From Alphaproteobacteria bacterium (GTDB lineage Bacteria > Pseudomonadota > Alphaproteobacteria > UBA9219): a DNA stretch of 24,315 nucleotides. Position numbers and translations under genes: made by a program. Shown in pieces: positions 19,710 to 24,315 of this stretch. The notes under the pieces are model-generated. The model searched no databases and was not told the origin of the DNA. It saw nothing but the letters and a program-made list of their open reading frames with translations. The stretch spans positions 1-24,315 of the forward strand of contig JAQUUS010000001.1 of assembly GCA_028693775.1 (NCBI GenBank). Reading direction: 5' to 3'. The number at the start of each line of letters is the position of its first letter. Within the stretch, counting starts at the first letter, position 1.

Positions 19710-22531
19710 ATGCCAGACCAGCAACGCCTTACCCTTATCGACGGCTCCGGCTTTATCTTCAGGGCCTTCTATGCACTGCCGCCCATGACAAGCCCGGACG
19801 GAACTCCCGTCAATGCGGTCTACGGTTTTTGCACGATGCTCAACAAATTGCTCGGCGATTCAAAAACGCAGCGAATCGCCGTCATTTTCGACGCAGGGCG
19901 CAAGACGTTTCGCAACGAGATCTATTCCGGCTACAAGGCGCATCGCCCGCCGCCGCCCGACGAGCTTGTCCCGCAATTCGAGCTCATTCGCGACGCGACG
20001 CGCGCCTACGGCCTGCCGTCGGTCGAGGCCCCCAACTACGAAGCCGACGATTTGATCGCCGCCTATGCAAAGACAGCCGTTGCGAACGGCCTGCACGTTC
20101 ATATCGTTTCGTCGGACAAGGATCTGATGCAGCTGATCCGCGAGGGCGTCGAGATGTACGATCCCTTGAAATCGACGCCCATCGGCCTCGACGACGTTTT
20201 GAAGAAGTTCGGCGTTCCGCCGGAAAAGGTCGTCGACGTTCAATCGTTGATGGGCGATAGCACGGATAACGTTCCGGGCGTGCCCGGAATCGGCATGAAA
20301 ACGGCGGCGGAGCTTATCAACGAATACGGTTCGCTCGACAATCTTCTGGCCAATACCTCCAGAATCAAGCAACCGAAGCGCCGCGAAGCGTTGATTCAGA
20401 ACGCCGAGCTGGCACGCATTTCCTACAAGCTTGTGCAGCTCGATTCCGATGCGCCCCTTCCCGTTCCTCTCGACGCCCTTGTTTGGCAGAAAGACCACTT
20501 TGCGGAACTGACGGCCTTTTACCGGAAACAAGGGTTTAAATCGCTTCTCGCCAAGCTCGACAAACAAACGCAGGCCCCTGCCGCTGCGGAAGCCACGCTC
20601 GAAACCGCCCCGGCGGAGAAGGATGTTGCGGCGACGGCGGCAGACGAAGCCTCTCCCGCGCTTTCCGAAGCAAAGAGCGACTATGAATGCGTCCAGACCG
20701 AGGAGAGCCTCAGACGCTGGATCGACGAAGCCCGCGCGCAAGGATATGTCGCGATCGACACAGAAACCAACTCGCTGACCGCCTGTACGGCCAAGCTGGT
20801 TGGAGTCTCTCTTGCAACCTCGCCGGGCAAGGCCTGCTATATTCCTTTGGGCCATGTGGACCCCAACGAGGCCCCGGACGACGGCGGATTTACTTTCACG
20901 GACGGCGAGAGGCCGAGGCAAATCGATCCGAAACGGGCCGCCGCCCTTTTGAAAGATTTGCTCTGCGATCCGGCGACGATCAAAATCGCGCATAACCTCA
21001 AGTACGACCTCCAAGTCCTTGCTCAATACGGATTATGCGTCGAACCTTATGACGACACGATGCTGCTCTCGTACGTTCTGGAGGCAGGCGTTCACGGCCA
21101 CGGACTGGACGAACTTGCGCTTCGTCACTTCCAGCACAGGATGATTTCTTTTAGCGATGTGGCCGGAACGGGAAAAAACAAATTACTTTCGACCGCGTTC
21201 CTTTGGACAAGGCTACGGACTATGCCGCTGAAGACGCTGACTTTACCTTGCGCCTTTGGCTGCTTTTGAAGCCCCGGATCGCTCAGAGCCATCTGACACG
21301 CGTTTATGAGAGGATCGAGCGGCCTCTCGTTCCTGTCGTGGCGCAAATGGAGACAACCGGAGTACGGATCGATCCGGAAATCCTGCGCGGGCAAAGCAAT
21401 ACCCTCGCCCAGCGCATGCAAAAACTTGAGACGGAAATTCATGCACTTGCAGGACATCCCTTCAATGTCGGATCAACGCAACAATTAGGCGCCGTTTTAT
21501 TTTCGGAGATGGGATTGCCGGGCGGATCGAAAGGAAAAAACGGTCATTACTCCACCGCTTCGGACGTCCTTGAGCCTCTGGCCGAGCAAGGCCACGAAAT
21601 AGTTTCAAAGGTTCTCGACTGGCGAAGCGTTTCGAAACTGAAATCAACTTATACGGATGCCCTGCCCCAGCAGATCAGCCAGAAGACCGGTCGCGTCCAT
21701 ACCTCGTTCTCGCTGGTCGGGGCGGCGACGGGACGCCTCTCATCCACGGATCCGAACCTGCAAAACATTCCTATCAGGACGGAAGACGGACGCGCCATTC
21801 GGCAGGCTTTCGTGGCTGAGGACGGCTTTACGCTCCTTTCGGTGGACTATTCGCAGATCGAAATGCGGCTTGCGGCTTCGGTCGCGGGAGTCGAGGCCTT
21901 GATCGAAGGCTTCCGCGAGGGACTGGATATTCATGCGCTCACGGCTTCGCAGGTTTTCGGCATTCCCCTGAAAGAACTTCCGGCAGATAAACGCCGCGCG
22001 GCCAAGGCGATCAATTTCGGCATAATCTACGGCATCAGCGGCTTCGGATTGTCGAAACAGATCGGGATTTCGCCGGGCGAGGCCAATGCCTTTATTCGCG
22101 ACTATCTGGACCGTTTTCACGAGCTGCGCGACTGGATGGAGGCGACCAAGGAGTTTGCGCGCGAGCACGGATATGTCGAAACGCTGTTCGGACGGCGCAT
22201 TCACATTACGGGGATCAAGGAAAAAAACGCGGCGCGCAGGGCTTTTGCCGAGCGCCAGTCGATCAATGCGCCGCTGCAAGGCACCGCCGCCGACATCATG
22301 AAGCGCGCGATGATTCGCGTCGGCCCGGCCCTGAAAGACGCCAAACTAAACGCGCGCTTGCTGCTGCAAGTGCACGACGAACTTGTTTTTGAGGTTCCTA
22401 AAAAGGAAATCGATGCGACCGTGGAGATCGTGAAAAACGTCATGGAAGGCGCTTCGGCGCCCGCCGTCACGCTCCGCGTGCCGCTTGTGGCCGAGGCCAA
22501 GCATGCGGCCAACTGGGCCGAGGCGCACTGA
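19710..22531 (+). CDS. polA: DNA polymerase I, interrupted by a 1-nt frameshift at 21173-21179 (about 940 aa if joined)
   Basis: First ORF (19710-21269): 5'-3' exonuclease (LIDGSG, EADD, SSDKD, GDSTDN) plus ExoI DTET and ExoII HNLKYD. The -1 frame carries ExoIII YAAED and polymerase motifs A (DYSQIEMR), B (RRAAKAINFGIIYG) and C (VHDE). One extra A gives GTGKKQITFDRVPLD. Confidence 0.95.
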
Positions 22532-22536
22532 ATGCC

Positions 22537-23352
22537 TTAGACCCTGTATGATGGGCCGCGACAAGCCGGACATGCGGCGACGGACCGGGTCGGTTTTTCC
22601 AGAAGCTCGTTAACCTGCATCACCCATGTCTCGGAGATCGATTTAGGACCGTGCCATGTGCCAATCTCTGCGACAGAATCGCCGTTATAATCGAGGACAA
22701 TCTTTTGCTCGATGACATTGACGTTTTTGATCCTGAAACCGTCGACATCCACGGCCGAAAGCACCCTATAGTTCGCGCAAAAACCGTTGTCGGCTTTTTC
22801 ACCGATGAGTGGACCCGCAAGGCGGACCCCGTACTGCGTCACGATCAAGGCATCCGGCACGGTATTGTCTTCGCAGATGACCGAAAACAAATCGTGCTCC
22901 CGGTTGCTTTGCAATCCGATAATGTCGTTGGAGCTCCCGGTTATTTTTGCCTGCGTTTCATTCAAAAAAAAGAAAAACTCGCGGTCTATCCCCAATCCGT
23001 CATGAACGCTCCTCACCCAATCCGAGAGCGTTGCGCCGGTCTGATATGCGACGCCCAAAAGAACTTCCTGGTCTTTGCCGTACTCAAGAACCAAAACGCA
23101 TTTTCCGCGGCTGTCGCCGCAGATCGAGGCGATCTTGAAACCACGGATCTCGTCTCTCGACAAAACGACAGTTTCTTTCGCGCCGTCTTTTCCGGTCCCG
23201 GTTATGGCGACGGCTTTGTCGGGATCGTTGAAAAAGACGTCCACATAGGGTTCAGCCTGCCCCCTCGTGCGGGCCACTCTGTATGGCGGAACGGTCCACA
23301 CCTGCTCGCCCAAATAAATCTCACCCATGTATCCGGCAATGTTTTTAGTCAT
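22537..23352 (-). CDS. hypothetical protein, 271 aa, with two internal PH-like repeats
   Basis: GAGGA RBS directly after the upstream stop; internal duplication VLS..GF[KR]I..VL[ED]Y..D..G..WV..V...L. Confidence 0.8.
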   Translation of the reverse strand: MTKNIAGYMGEIYLGEQVWTVPPYRVARTRGQAEPYVDVFFNDPDKAVAITGTGKDGAKETVVLSRDEIRGFKIASICGDSRGKCVLVLEYGKDQEVLLGVAYQTGATLSDWVRSVHDGLGIDREFFFFLNETQAKITGSSNDIIGLQSNREHDLFSVICEDNTVPDALIVTQYGVRLAGPLIGEKADNGFCANYRVLSAVDVDGFRIKNVNVIEQKIVLDYNGDSVAEIGTWHGPKSISETWVMQVNELLEKPTRSVAACPACRGPSYRV

Positions 23353-23363
23353 CGTTTGTCCTC

Positions 23364-23951
23364 TTATTTGGGTTCCAGTTTGTCTTTCTGCTCCATTGGC
23401 GAGAAGATCGACCTGTTGCTTAGATACATAAACTCGGCAAGCGCATAACCCAACGCGCCGCCCCGAAGGATTCCCGCCGCCGCTTGCTCAAATGCTTCCA
23501 CCGGCGGCATGCCTGAAAGGCAACCTGCAGCCCAGGACGCACCCGTTAAGACAAGAGCAAACGGAACCGCCTTGCGCATAATTCTCACGGCGGGCCGCCG
23601 GGCAAACGCTTGCGCGGCGTTACGAAACATATCGGGGATTTTTTTGCCTTCCGCTGCAGGGGCTCGCTTCGGCAAAGCACCGTTTTGGGAGACCTTGTCC
23701 GCTGCGCGCTTTTCCATGGCGGATTCGTATGCGCTGCTCAGAACGCCGACTGCGTTTCCGGCAATCAGGACGGCCGCAGCAAGGGCAAACGCCTCTTTGA
23801 CCGGCGATCCAAGGACATAACATCCAACGCCGCACGCCGCCGATACGACCAGCGATAACGGGGCGGAGTCTTTTGCGGCCTGAACGACAGAATGATCGGC
23901 AACAGTCGCGGACATGCGGCTAAATTCTTCGGAAATGTGTTTATAATTCAC
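23364..23951 (-). CDS. hypothetical membrane protein, 195 aa, two copies of a hydrophobic-hairpin module
   Basis: GAGGG RBS 7 nt before GTG 23951 (TTG 23957 is too close to the RBS); ungapped internal repeat at offset 99. Confidence 0.8.
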   Translation of the reverse strand: MNYKHISEEFSRMSATVADHSVVQAAKDSAPLSLVVSAACGVGCYVLGSPVKEAFALAAAVLIAGNAVGVLSSAYESAMEKRAADKVSQNGALPKRAPAAEGKKIPDMFRNAAQAFARRPAVRIMRKAVPFALVLTGASWAAGCLSGMPPVEAFEQAAAGILRGGALGYALAEFMYLSNRSIFSPMEQKDKLEPK

Positions 23952-23961
23952 GTTCAAACCC

Positions 23962-24252
23962 TCATTTTAGTGAAAATTCGTTTTTAAATGCCGCACACGT
24001 TTTTCGTCTCTCGACATATTCCTCGACTTCGGTACAGCCAACACACAGGACATTTGCCGCAACGAAGGTTACGGCCACTGTCACCGCTGCCAGCTGCGCA
24101 GGCACGCCGCCCACAACGGCTGCGCCCCCGAGCGCTATTCCGAAAATAATTTGCTTGGATGCAGCCGCTTTGAGCGCCCTGATGGACTGACGCCGCGAGA
24201 GAGCCGCTCCGGCCTCACGATAAACGCTTATTGCATGTTTGACGTTGTTCAT
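23962..24252 (-). CDS. hypothetical membrane protein, 96 aa, one copy of the same module
   Basis: AAGGGG RBS before ATG 24252; aligns without gaps to both halves of the downstream protein. Confidence 0.8.
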   Translation of the reverse strand: MNNVKHAISVYREAGAALSRRQSIRALKAAASKQIIFGIALGGAAVVGGVPAQLAAVTVAVTFVAANVLCVGCTEVEEYVERRKTCAAFKNEFSLK

Positions 24253-24263
24253 GGACGTCCCCT

Positions 24264-24314
24264 TTATTTCAATCCGCACTCTTTGCGAGCGGCCTTGGCT
24301 GCTGCGCGGCGTTC
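24264..24314 (-). CDS. 3' end of a probable further paralog (partial, runs off the window edge)
   Basis: Reads ERRAAAKAARKECGLK*, versus ERRKTCAAFKNEFSLK* at the end of the next gene; stop lies directly before that gene's RBS. Only 16 codons are visible. Confidence 0.55.
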   Translation of the reverse strand, partial: ERRAAAKAARKECGLK

Positions 24315-24315
24315 C

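Noticed and set aside
21203-22531. Independent Klenow-like gene starting at TTG 21203 (naturally split polA)
   Set aside because: No RBS, and the break falls inside the 3'-5' exonuclease domain rather than at a domain boundary.
22964-22977. T8 run (FFFFL) in the PH-like gene as a phase-variation or indel site
   Set aside because: Both repeats are in the same frame and the ORF is intact; only one run.

Overview
Alphaproteobacterial chromosome segment. The core (2873-16939, - strand) is the str + S10 + spc ribosomal cluster: rpsL-rpsG-fusA-tuf-rpsJ-rplC-D-W-B-rpsS-rplV-rpsC-rplP-rpmC-rpsQ-rplN-X-E-rpsN-H-rplF-R-rpsE-rpmD-rplO. It ends at an intrinsic terminator right after rplO, with no secY/adk/alpha-operon genes, and rpoC is not upstream of rpsL. 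The left flank has the 3' end of a probable DUF2336 gene, dapA, an orphan gene bracketed by two near-identical hairpins, and a truncated IS630-type transposase. The right flank has a ~285-nt structured rpsL leader with a terminator-like hairpin, a PAP2 (BcrC/YbjG-like) phosphatase, a 418-aa orphan with weak DHH-like features, and polA. polA is split by one missing A at an in-phase A_AAA_AAC heptamer; a homopolymer error is the simplest explanation, but -1 frameshifting is not excluded. The window ends in a tightly coupled orphan operon: at least three genes carrying copies of an unrecognised ~75-80-aa hydrophobic-hairpin module (three full copies plus a partial tail), followed by a protein with two PH-like repeats. 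This operon is the best candidate for an undescribed system. No tRNA, rRNA or CRISPR array was seen. All alignments and folds were done by eye; no database searches were run.
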